From: Turneriella sp.
GTDB taxonomy: Bacteria; Spirochaetota; Leptospiria; Turneriellales; Turneriellaceae
Assembly (NCBI GenBank): GCA_965279515.1
Contig: CBDIID010000003.1
Location: 1,024,001 to 1,088,000, forward strand
DNA: 64,000 nt
Reading direction: 5' to 3'
In this document: piece after piece, positions 56,055-64,000 of the stretch
Position numbering within the stretch: the first letter of the stretch is position 1
Layout: each line of letters begins with the position of its first letter
Notes under the pieces: model-generated
The model's input: the letters and a program-made list of their open reading frames with translations, nothing else
Databases searched by the model: none
What the model was told of the DNA's origin: nothing
Translations under genes and position numbers: made by a program

Positions 56055-57483
56055 AAGTATCAACCCATGGCTTCCGCTCACGGCCGATGAGGCGATTTGG
56101 CCCGAAGGGTTTGGCGCGGCTGAGCGTGAAGAAGTCGTGACCCGGCTCGCCGCGGGCGAAATTGCCATACAATATTCCGGAACTCAATCCAACGCGGTAT
56201 TCCGCATTCAAAAGATCGGCAGCAAGAATTTCCTGATTCCGCACCGCAACTGGCCGCTGCTCGATTTTTTTCTGCAACGCCCGGCGGGGCATACCGGAGC
56301 AACGCAGGAAGATGCCCTGAAAGTTCTCACCGGGGGAAAACACCTGTTGTTAACCGGCGGCCCGGGCACGGGCAAGAGTTACACGATTTCGCGGTTCGTG
56401 GAGCAGCTGAAACCCATCGCGGGTCGTCCGCCGCGCGTCGCGATTGCCGCGCCCACAGGCAAAGCAGCAGCGCGCTTCCAGCACCTTGCGGGTTCGCGCC
56501 ATGCTCTGGTCGAATGCTCCACACTGCACCGCCTCCTGGGGCTTTCACGCGACGAGCGGCGGCTCCGCTACGGGGCTCAAAATCCGCTTCCCTATGATAT
56601 ACTCATCATCGATGAAATCTCGATGCTCGACCTGGGGCTGTTCGCCGCTGCTGTGCGCGCGCTGCCTGAGGCCGCACAACTTCTGCTTGCGGGCGATCTC
56701 GACCAATTGCCGGCGATCGACGGGTTAGCCATCGACCGCGCCATCCGGTTTTTTTCGGCCGAGGGTGTAATCGCGCATGTGCATTTAACCCAGGTACAGC
56801 GCTTCGCCACGGAAAAAGCAAATGCCTACCGCAGCATCTCTGAACATGGTATTCGCGCACTTTCAGACCCGGGTGTGGCGGCCGTCGTAAAACATATAGA
56901 GCTGAAGGGGCCGGCCGCCCTCGGCGAAATAATCGATCGTTACACGCGCGAACGGCTTTGTTCAGAAAAGGTAGAGAACCTGCGCAGCGCGTTTTCAGAC
57001 CTGAAACCAGGAGTACATCCCCCAACCGAACTCGTCACCGCGGCATTTGACTTTCTGAAACGGCAGGTGATTCTCACCGAACGCCGTGAAGGAGTTTTCG
57101 GGAGCCAGGCCATCAACCGGCGCATCGCCGCAGACCTCGCGCGCTTAGCACGAAACAGCGGTCGCATGCTCGAACCCGTAATGAATACGATCAATAATTA
57201 CGAGCTGCAGATTTATAACGGTGATGTGGGATTTATCTGGGATGCCCCGGGGGAGCGGCGTGCGGTTTTTCCGGTGCCCGAAGGTGGTTTCAGGGTTTTG
57301 ACGCTCGCCGAACTCACAGGTGCTGAGAGCGCGTATGCGATGACGATTCACAAAAGCCAGGGTTCGGAATACGATGACGCGTTTGTGTTATGTGAAGGGG
57401 GAGCAAATACGGACAGCCGCCTCATCTACACCGCTGTAACGCGGGCAAAGAACGAAGCGACTATCCTGGAAGTCTTGAGGTAA
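56047..57483 (+). CDS. recD: Exodeoxyribonuclease V alpha subunit RecD
   Basis: TGGPGTGKS, AAPTGKAA, TLHRLLG, DEISM, AYAMTIHKSQGSEY, YTAVTRAK. Confidence 0.9.
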   Translation: MPESINPWLPLTADEAIWPEGFGAAEREEVVTRLAAGEIAIQYSGTQSNAVFRIQKIGSKNFLIPHRNWPLLDFFLQRPAGHTGATQEDALKVLTGGKHLLLTGGPGTGKSYTISRFVEQLKPIAGRPPRVAIAAPTGKAAARFQHLAGSRHALVECSTLHRLLGLSRDERRLRYGAQNPLPYDILIIDEISMLDLGLFAAAVRALPEAAQLLLAGDLDQLPAIDGLAIDRAIRFFSAEGVIAHVHLTQVQRFATEKANAYRSISEHGIRALSDPGVAAVVKHIELKGPAALGEIIDRYTRERLCSEKVENLRSAFSDLKPGVHPPTELVTAAFDFLKRQVILTERREGVFGSQAINRRIAADLARLARNSGRMLEPVMNTINNYELQIYNGDVGFIWDAPGERRAVFPVPEGGFRVLTLAELTGAESAYAMTIHKSQGSEYDDAFVLCEGGANTDSRLIYTAVTRAKNEATILEVLR

Positions 57484-57504
57484 ACAAGGGGATCTCCCCT
57501 TGTT
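57483..57504. terminator. Hairpin between convergent genes (possible bidirectional terminator)
   Basis: AACAAGGGGA-TC-TCCCCTTGTT perfect inverted repeat. Confidence 0.65.
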
Positions 57505-57513
57505 CAATCCGGA

Positions 57514-58212
57514 TTACTGTTTAACGCCGGTCAGCGTGATTTCGATACCATCGCGACCTTTTTTAGTGGTGTATTCGATACGAGCCACTTCAATACCTTT
57601 TTCGATCAGCGCATCCATGACGCTTTTTGCGTATTTTTCAGCAAGCTCTTCATTCTTACCGCGCGAAGCGAGACTGATCTTTACATCTTTTTGTTGCTGC
57701 ATCACACCGAGAATCGTTGTAACACGCTCGACCATGTCAGGTGAAAGCGGCGGAATCTCTTCGAGCTTCGGCGCGCGTTTTGCTGCATAGAGAATCTTCA
57801 GGTCAACGGCACCTGAGAAAATTCCGCTGCCACCTTTCGGCTTAAGGCCAGCGCTCTTCAGGCGCGGAACCACTGCGCCTTGTGCTGCGCTCGCCAGCTT
57901 GTCATGTTCAGCCTTAGCGAGCAGGCCTTTGTGTGTGCTGATCTTAGAGTAGTTGGTCGAGAGCACCGCGTAAAACGAGGCCTTGTCGTACTCGCTGTCG
58001 CCGAGAAAGTTACGCGCCTTGTTGCAATACGTGCGCGCTGAATAGGCTTCTTTCTGGGGCAGGAAGGTTGCGAGATCTGCGCGTGCATCCATCGCCGCGA
58101 GGGCCTGGATAGCATCGTCGACTTCGCGGCGCGCCTGGCTTTCTTTAATCACACCCGCGAAAGCCGGAGTGATCGCGGCTACGGCGATAATTACAGTTAA
58201 TAGTTTCTTCAT
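57514..58212 (-). CDS. Secreted protein with a DUF4398-like helical domain and a degenerate OmpA-like C-terminus
   Basis: Signal peptide, AAGGAG RBS, 'AKSVMDALIEKGIEVARI' OmpA-C-like segment. Confidence 0.55.
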   Translation of the reverse strand: MKKLLTVIIAVAAITPAFAGVIKESQARREVDDAIQALAAMDARADLATFLPQKEAYSARTYCNKARNFLGDSEYDKASFYAVLSTNYSKISTHKGLLAKAEHDKLASAAQGAVVPRLKSAGLKPKGGSGIFSGAVDLKILYAAKRAPKLEEIPPLSPDMVERVTTILGVMQQQKDVKISLASRGKNEELAEKYAKSVMDALIEKGIEVARIEYTTKKGRDGIEITLTGVKQ

Positions 58213-58223
58213 TATAGTCTCCT

Positions 58224-58568
58224 TCACTTGAGGCCCGCTGACCGGGTTTCACGCGCAAGTTTAGAAAGTGCGCAGAATGATTTAGCCTTAATGGCGGCAG
58301 CCCAGGCTGCTTCAGGCTCTTTGTCGTTTGAAAATTCTTTGGCCTTATCGAGAAATTCTTTGGCTTTGCCGGTTTCGGCGCTACCGTCTTCGCCCAGAGC
58401 GTTATACGCTGTCTGTGCGTCGGCAATCGCCGCATCGGCGTCGGCTTTCTCTACGCTGGAAGGATAGATATCCGGTGAATCGTCGGCGATTTTGGCGCTG
58501 CCGCATGCGACGCCGGTAAGGGCGGCCGCAATAAGCATGGCAATAACTGTGGCTTTACGTTGTCCCAT
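58224..58568 (-). CDS. Small helical lipoprotein (DUF4398-like)
   Basis: GVAC lipobox, Ala-rich helical hairpin, AGGAG RBS. Confidence 0.6.
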   Translation of the reverse strand: MGQRKATVIAMLIAAALTGVACGSAKIADDSPDIYPSSVEKADADAAIADAQTAYNALGEDGSAETGKAKEFLDKAKEFSNDKEPEAAWAAAIKAKSFCALSKLARETRSAGLK

Positions 58569-58799
58569 GAAAAACTCCTATCTTTTAGTTAACTAAGTTG
58601 TATCCCGTAAGACCCTTAAAGAGTACTCACGGTTCGCAAAAAAACTTGCGTACTTATTTCCACGGCTCATCAGAGATTTTGTGCGTCAAGGGAAAACGCA
58701 TCTTTGCCGGCGTTCTGTGAACATATGACTACAATAAGACATAATCTGAACAACCGTACTTTTTTCTGGACGTTCCGCCCTGCTGAGGTAAGTTAGGGT

Positions 58800-59891
58800 A
58801 TGGAGCGGGAACTCACAGCCCTTGCCGATGCCGTCAAAGCATCCCAGAAGAATGACAATCATTCTTTAGGCGGAGCAATTGCGGGCCATGTCTACGAAAA
58901 CCGCACAAGTAGCCTCGTGCCCCGTGTTGCTGCCCTGCCCGCTCTCATAGGCTGCCTGTTCCTGTCAGGCGGTATGGGCCTGATTTTAAGCTCGGGCAAA
59001 ACCGCACCAGCCGATGCCTCGATCGAGGCGATCAGCCCCGAAAACACCGAGACGATCTGGGAAAAACAGGTCAAACCCACAACGGGCAATGGTTTTAATT
59101 TAACTCTCGATTTGCAAGATACCCTGCGGGCAAGTGACCCGCACACAAAACGTGTATTGTGGTCGCAGCATCTGCCCGAAATCGCCCCGACATCGGCGCC
59201 GCTGGTTTTCACAGAGCATGAAAAAGTTTTTGTGAGCGTCGCCTCTTCACAGGGCGCGGTTTACCTGCTGAACGGCCTCACAGGCCAGGTGCTGTGGATG
59301 CAAAACCTCAGCGACAGGGTGGATGTCTCTCCGCTGCAAATTAAAAATTCCGTGATTGCAGTCGCCTGTGCTGACGGCAAAATTTATGGCATGACTGTCG
59401 CCGATGGCCACATCGACTACATGGTTCAAACCGATTCACAGATTACATCCCTCGAACCCGTCGCCGATGGCCGCGGTGAGCATATTTACGCGATTGCCGA
59501 CAAAAAACGCGTTCTGGCGCTGAATGCGGTTACGGGCGACCTCCTGTGGCGCCGCGAAACCTCGGGAATTGCCACCGGCAGCCCGATACTGACTGCCAAC
59601 AAAATTATCACGCCGACGCTTGACGGTAATTCGTCCAAACTCTGGGCCTTCGATGATGCCGGTAACTTAAGCTGGATGAATACTTTCAGCCGCTATAACT
59701 CCCTCGCTTCCACAGAAGGTTATATCGCGATCGTTCAGGGCCCGGTCATCACGCTCATCAAGGCAGACACAGGCGAAGCGATCCATTACTGGCAGCTTGG
59801 CAAAACACCCGAAGATATCGAACTCATCAACCAGAACGGCATGCTGGTCGTGAAAACCGATCAGGGCAATCTCACCTCTGCAATAAACTAA
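58800..59891 (+). CDS. PQQ-like beta-propeller repeat protein
   Basis: Repeated 'L.A.TG..LW' propeller blades after one TM segment. Confidence 0.8.
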   Translation: MERELTALADAVKASQKNDNHSLGGAIAGHVYENRTSSLVPRVAALPALIGCLFLSGGMGLILSSGKTAPADASIEAISPENTETIWEKQVKPTTGNGFNLTLDLQDTLRASDPHTKRVLWSQHLPEIAPTSAPLVFTEHEKVFVSVASSQGAVYLLNGLTGQVLWMQNLSDRVDVSPLQIKNSVIAVACADGKIYGMTVADGHIDYMVQTDSQITSLEPVADGRGEHIYAIADKKRVLALNAVTGDLLWRRETSGIATGSPILTANKIITPTLDGNSSKLWAFDDAGNLSWMNTFSRYNSLASTEGYIAIVQGPVITLIKADTGEAIHYWQLGKTPEDIELINQNGMLVVKTDQGNLTSAIN

Positions 59892-59928
59892 ATCATTGAC
59901 GCGGCGCTCTGCCTAACTATTCACCGGC

Positions 59929-60588
59929 GTGGATATTCTCACACTCGCTTATGTCGCATCGGGTTGTTACCTGATGGGCTCCATTCCGACTGCATACCTC
60001 GCGGGTCGTGCGATCAAAGGCATCGACATCCGCACCGTCGGTTCAGGCAATGTCGGTGCATCGAATGCGATGCGGCTCCTGGGCAAAGGCTGGGGTGTCA
60101 CGGTTCTACTGCTCGACGCTGTTAAAGGACTGGTTCCCCTCCTTATTATCCTCCATATCTACCTCAAGGGAAATCCGTATTTGCAGCGTTATGCGATGGT
60201 CGGTGCACTCTGCTGCATGATCGGCCATATTTTCCCGGTATGGCTTGCCTTTAAGGGCGGCAAGGGTGTGGCCACAGGGCTCGGTGTCATGACTGCGCTC
60301 GTACCGGTCGCGGTGGCTGTGGCACTCCCCTTCTTTATTCTCATCGTCGCGATTTCACGCTATATCTCCCTGGGGTCAATCATCGCCGCCCTGATTTTGC
60401 CGGTGGCCTTCTTTATCGATCACCGTTTGCCAGCTGATCTCGAGCTTTTCGTGTTCATCGTTGTGGCCTGTCTTTTTGTGATTTACAAGCATAAGACTAA
60501 TATCAAGCGTATCTTCGCGGGAGAGGAGAATCGCCTGGGCGATATAGGGACCACGGGTCCCGCTGCCGCAGAGAAGCTAAAGGAGTGA
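59929..60588 (+). CDS. plsY: Glycerol-3-phosphate acyltransferase PlsY
   Basis: YLMGSIP, DIR..GSGNVGA, GHIFP..FKGGKGVAT, KHKTNIKR. Confidence 0.96.
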   Translation: MDILTLAYVASGCYLMGSIPTAYLAGRAIKGIDIRTVGSGNVGASNAMRLLGKGWGVTVLLLDAVKGLVPLLIILHIYLKGNPYLQRYAMVGALCCMIGHIFPVWLAFKGGKGVATGLGVMTALVPVAVAVALPFFILIVAISRYISLGSIIAALILPVAFFIDHRLPADLELFVFIVVACLFVIYKHKTNIKRIFAGEENRLGDIGTTGPAAAEKLKE

Positions 60589-60590
60589 CC

Positions 60591-60977
60591 ATGAAAAAAG
60601 GGATTTTAACCATACTGTGCGCCATATTAGGCGTTGCCACGCTTTCCGCCGGACCGATCCGCGACGACTATTTCAAGACGCGCGACGATATTGAAAAAAG
60701 CAAGGACACTCCCGAATCGCGCAAGCAATTCCTCGAGACCAATATACAGCGCTCGCTGCGCCGCCTTTTGGTGCGTTATTTCGGCTACCAGAAACCTGAA
60801 AGCATCAAAGTTTCCGCATCCAACTACGAGCAGTCTGAAAAAGATAAGCTGACATACTACTTCAAGTTTGAAGATTATGTGGGCTTCATGACATTTTCTA
60901 ACGATCCGGAATATTATTACGCCGTGCCGCGCGAAGAAAAAGTCGTGCAAAAGCCCAAAGCGGGCGCTGGTAAATAA
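60591..60977 (+). CDS. Hypothetical secreted protein
   Basis: Signal peptide, AAGGAG RBS, in an operon with plsY. Confidence 0.65.
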   Translation: MKKGILTILCAILGVATLSAGPIRDDYFKTRDDIEKSKDTPESRKQFLETNIQRSLRRLLVRYFGYQKPESIKVSASNYEQSEKDKLTYYFKFEDYVGFMTFSNDPEYYYAVPREEKVVQKPKAGAGK

Positions 60978-60985
60978 CGAGTCCA

Positions 60986-61366
60986 TTGGGCCTGAAAGCA
61001 GTCGGGCCCCTTAAGCTCATCGGCAGAAAAGCGCGGCCGATCGTAATTCTGACCGCGCTGCCCGATAAAATCGCAGCAGAGAAGCTTGCTTTTCTGCTCG
61101 TTGAAAATCAGCTGGCAGCTTGTGTGAACATTATCACACATATGGAATCCATTTATTTCTGGGATGGCAAACTGGTGCGCGACCAGGAATGTAAGCTGTT
61201 CATCAAATCCTCAAGCGCCGTGCAGAAACAGGCGATGGAATTTATCAAGGCGAACCATCCCTACACCGTCCCTGAAATTACCGTGATTGGTGAAAGGGGC
61301 GACGTCTCGATGGACAAAGATTATTGGTCGTGGGTTTCGGCCTATGTCACGCACCGGCGTGAGTAA
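60986..61366 (+). CDS. cutA: Divalent-cation tolerance protein CutA
   Basis: LVENQLAACVNI..SIYFWDG, HPYTVPEI. Confidence 0.92.
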   Translation: MGLKAVGPLKLIGRKARPIVILTALPDKIAAEKLAFLLVENQLAACVNIITHMESIYFWDGKLVRDQECKLFIKSSSAVQKQAMEFIKANHPYTVPEITVIGERGDVSMDKDYWSWVSAYVTHRRE

Positions 61367-61375
61367 ATTCGCGTC

Positions 61376-62299
61376 TTAATTCAAGCGCCATTTTCCATTT
61401 TTATAGGAAATATTCCGAACTTTGCCGTTAGGAAAATTCGGGTCCAGAAACTCGATGTTGTCCTCGCCTTTCCATTGAATCCCGTTCATCGACAGATCCC
61501 GTAACTCAAGCAGGAATACGCGTTTGCCAATTTCATCCGATATATCGAAAATTTCGACTGCATTTCGGCTGAAATTTTCGTCTTGATAGCTTAGAAAGAA
61601 GCGTCCATCCGGCGAAAATAACTGTTCTCCAAAAGTGGTGATTCGGCGCCCCGTTTTGGCATGAATCATCTCGCGTTCACTCCATTCCCAACAGCATATC
61701 TGAAAAATATAAAAATCGTTCTCTCGCCGTTCAAAGCGATACCTGCGGGTAGAAGCTGCATTTTCGATATCAACAAGGGAAACGTCGGCACCGGTATCGA
61801 GCTTCATCGTTATTCTATCTCTAACCCGACTCATATGCGGATATTTGGCTATTTCATGCTTTTCGATTAACGTAGCGCATTCGCAGAAATTGCTGATATT
61901 TTTACAATGTTGCTCCGCAAGGTGATGATAATATCCTCGAGGGATGCCTGGTCGCAAAGATTCCAGGTAACCATCGAATAACCAGCCCGTGTATTTTCCG
62001 ACGGAGATTTGACGCCAGCAACCCGCGATGCCCTCGATTTTAGTGCAATTTGCCGAGGCATCCAAATTCTTTATTTCCATTCTGAACGGTAAAATTGCAA
62101 TCTTAGCTGATTTTGGACTGGGCTCTTTCCTTAGTACTAAACCCGCTGTTGGCTTGACAAACATGCGGCCATCTTTTGCAATATAGTTTGGCCGGCTTGG
62201 CGTCTTAGATGGTTCTGTCTCGGCTTCGCATTGGTTTCGTTGATCACAACAGCATGATATTGTGAAAAGTATCGTCGCAATAGAGCATCTTATCAGCAT
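61376..62299 (-). CDS. SH3-domain putative lipoprotein, low GC
   Basis: 'GLVLRKEPS..S.KI..LPF...W......GWLFDGYL' SH3_3 pattern. Confidence 0.72.
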   Translation of the reverse strand: MLIRCSIATILFTISCCCDQRNQCEAETEPSKTPSRPNYIAKDGRMFVKPTAGLVLRKEPSPKSAKIAILPFRMEIKNLDASANCTKIEGIAGCWRQISVGKYTGWLFDGYLESLRPGIPRGYYHHLAEQHCKNISNFCECATLIEKHEIAKYPHMSRVRDRITMKLDTGADVSLVDIENAASTRRYRFERRENDFYIFQICCWEWSEREMIHAKTGRRITTFGEQLFSPDGRFFLSYQDENFSRNAVEIFDISDEIGKRVFLLELRDLSMNGIQWKGEDNIEFLDPNFPNGKVRNISYKNGKWRLN

Positions 62300-62334
62300 C
62301 GGGTTAAGTCTAAAGCGTGATTCAACGAGGCAAC

Positions 62335-63048
62335 TTAGCTGACTCCACCGCTAGCAGCTATTCTTAAATTCTTCTTTTCCAGAATTTCCGTATAACGCGC
62401 CCAGCGTTCGGTCGAGCCTGCAGTGCCTTTCTCAATCTGAAAGTAACAGGTTTCGTAACCTGCGGGTATCGTCGTCTTGAACATCACATCGTAGATATCG
62501 TTGCGGCCTTTGCTTTTAGCGAATTCCCGCGCGGCGTCAATCATGCCCTGCACGAAATAGCGCTGCACACGGCAGTCCATGGGCTGGTACATGTCCTGGT
62601 GCGGGCAGTAGTCGATATGAAAATCGGCCTTGCCCGCATCGATGCGCGGCGTCTCGAGTGATGCGTACGCGACACGGTTGATGACGGTAGCATAGAAGCT
62701 GATCCATTCGTCGGTTGAGATGCCGGGGTCGATTTCTGTGCCGTCGAGAATCTGGCGGCCAATATCGTGGCCGATCTTCTTAAGCGCGTTTAACACCAGC
62801 TTTTGGCCCTCGGCGCCAAAGGTTTTCTCCGCTGATTTCAAAACTTCGATCAGCGCCATCGCCTGCATCGTACCCCACTGCCAGAGGGTGGCCGGGTCAA
62901 AATTGGTTTCGGCCAGCACCTTGCGGATGTTTCCCAGGCCCTTGGCATAAGGTTGATTGTAGTGGAATTTTTCCCAGTTTTTTTCGGGGCGGCTTTGCCA
63001 ATGCGGGTGAGACTTATCGGCATGGATATCGCGGTCGATGTGTTTCAT
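62335..63048 (-). CDS. Hypothetical protein with a V4R/ATC-hydrolase-like Cys pattern
   Basis: 'IGHDIGRQ', 'YCPH..DC...QGM', 'TIPAGYETCYF'. Start at the ATG at 63048. Confidence 0.55.
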   Translation of the reverse strand: MKHIDRDIHADKSHPHWQSRPEKNWEKFHYNQPYAKGLGNIRKVLAETNFDPATLWQWGTMQAMALIEVLKSAEKTFGAEGQKLVLNALKKIGHDIGRQILDGTEIDPGISTDEWISFYATVINRVAYASLETPRIDAGKADFHIDYCPHQDMYQPMDCRVQRYFVQGMIDAAREFAKSKGRNDIYDVMFKTTIPAGYETCYFQIEKGTAGSTERWARYTEILEKKNLRIAASGGVS

Positions 63049-63091
63049 GGAGAGACGCTCGCCGCGCGCTATTGTCCGTGGCGAGCAGTTA

Positions 63092-63193
63092 TGGTAAGTT
63101 CTGAAAAAGTCATGCGCGGCCGAGGCCGCGCGAGGGAATGCGCGCTCGCGATGATGCAAGCGCTCCTAATTTTGTCTTTTTCAGAACTTACCA
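63092..63193. mobile_element. MITE-like element with 18-bp perfect (20/21) terminal inverted repeats
   Basis: TGGTAAGTTCTGAAAAAGTCA ... TGTCTTTTTCAGAACTTACCA, with internal hairpin GCGCGGCC-GA-GGCCGCGC. Confidence 0.7.
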
Positions 63194-64000
63194 AGGATAA
63201 AAATTCACCACGCGCAGTAAATGGTGCATAATTTCAGGAGTGCAGCGCGTGGAATAATGGCTGGCATCCGACCAGTATTTGCATTTGTAATCGGCCTGAT
63301 CGGCGAAGTGGAATTTCAGTTTATCACCCTTGAATTCGCGCGCATACTTATCCACCGCGGGGGCATAGGGCGTCTTATCGAGTACGGCCTTAAGTTCGGC
63401 GTGCACAAATGGTTTATAAAGAAGAAGCGGCACCTTTTTTTCTGCCGCCATACGCACGATGCGGCGCAGCGATTCATCCATCAGCGGGTCGACGGCGAAG
63501 ATCTTATAGTTACCCTCGTACATCGTGAGAAACTGGCCGATGCGCTCTTCGCGGATCTTGCCCGTGAGATCGCTGTCGAGAAAATCTTTGTAACTGCGGT
63601 GGTATCTTTCGATGATGGAATATTCCGGCTGCTCTTCCTGTACTTTGGGCCTATAGTCATAGACAAGAAGCTCGGGGCGCGGTTTCAGCGCATAACCGGC
63701 AAACGCCAGGCGGGCAATGGCCTCATCGCGCACCGACTTTTTACCGAATTTCGCGAGCAGCGTGTAATAATCAAAGTCATATTCGTCTGAAAACAGGAAC
63801 TCCGACTTGCCGTGGTTGTTCTTGTGCTCGAGTTCAAGCAGTTCAGGCCCTAACTCCAGCACAATCGCATCGGGGATAAAATTCTTTTTCCACAGCCGGT
63901 CGAGCGCATGCCAGTAGACCGCCATCTGTGCACCGACCTGGGCGTAGACGAGAAACTGCGTATCCATGATCTGCTTCTTTTGCGGATCATTCAGATATTC
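63188..64000 (-). CDS. DUF1574-like SGNH-fold protein, probably 5'-truncated by the window
   Basis: 'PDAIVLE', 'KKVPLLLYKP', and a WSDASH DxxH motif near the C-terminus. Confidence 0.6.
   Translation of the reverse strand, partial: EYLNDPQKKQIMDTQFLVYAQVGAQMAVYWHALDRLWKKNFIPDAIVLELGPELLELEHKNNHGKSEFLFSDEYDFDYYTLLAKFGKKSVRDEAIARLAFAGYALKPRPELLVYDYRPKVQEEQPEYSIIERYHRSYKDFLDSDLTGKIREERIGQFLTMYEGNYKIFAVDPLMDESLRRIVRMAAEKKVPLLLYKPFVHAELKAVLDKTPYAPAVDKYAREFKGDKLKFHFADQADYKCKYWSDASHYSTRCTPEIMHHLLRVVNFYPW

Noticed and set aside
49957..57483. Anti-phage helicase/nuclease defence system
   Set aside because: Gene order and motifs fit housekeeping RecC-RecB-RecD, and base composition looks like the host's.
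58569..58799. Possible riboswitch or sRNA in the divergent spacer (contains palindrome TTAGTTAACTAA)
   Set aside because: No match to a riboswitch consensus that I can recognise. It is probably just two promoters.
1..64000. CRISPR array, rRNA/tRNA, prophage, transposase or integrase genes
   Set aside because: I saw no regularly spaced direct repeats, RNA-gene signatures or recombinase/phage motifs.

Overview
A 64-kb stretch of a bacterial chromosome, gene-dense and moderately GC-rich. Several features point to a Leptospiraceae spirochaete, possibly Turneriella-like (inference): DUF1577/PilZ-like and DUF1574-like proteins, a LipL21/LPP20-like lipoprotein, SH3 lipoproteins and a stand-alone coaC. 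Most of the window is housekeeping: htpX, ftsH, ppx, tsaD, holA, hinT, an lptA-like gene, ndh, mtnP, pepA, hemW, apt, hldD, coaC, valS, purL, argS, aat, recC/recB/recD, plsY and cutA. It also holds a detached GspH/I/J-like pseudopilin trio and a signalling cluster. Lower-GC accessory patches lie at about 23.5-25.6 kb, 42.1-44.9 kb and 61.4-62.3 kb. I found no rRNA, tRNA, CRISPR array, transposase or integrase. The most notable unannotated structure is: (1) a promoterless low-GC lipoprotein gene bracketed by attC-like inverted arms, which looks like an orphan integron cassette, next to a truncated nucleotidyltransferase-like remnant; (2) two different MITE-like structured elements with terminal inverted repeats that overlap stop codons; (3) a MarR-linked pentapeptide-repeat plus GyrI-like module with operator-like palindromes; (4) a membrane-tethered enhancer-binding-like regulator that lacks GAFTGA; (5) an aat gene that appears to need a non-canonical start codon. 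All family calls come from motif recognition, not database searches.
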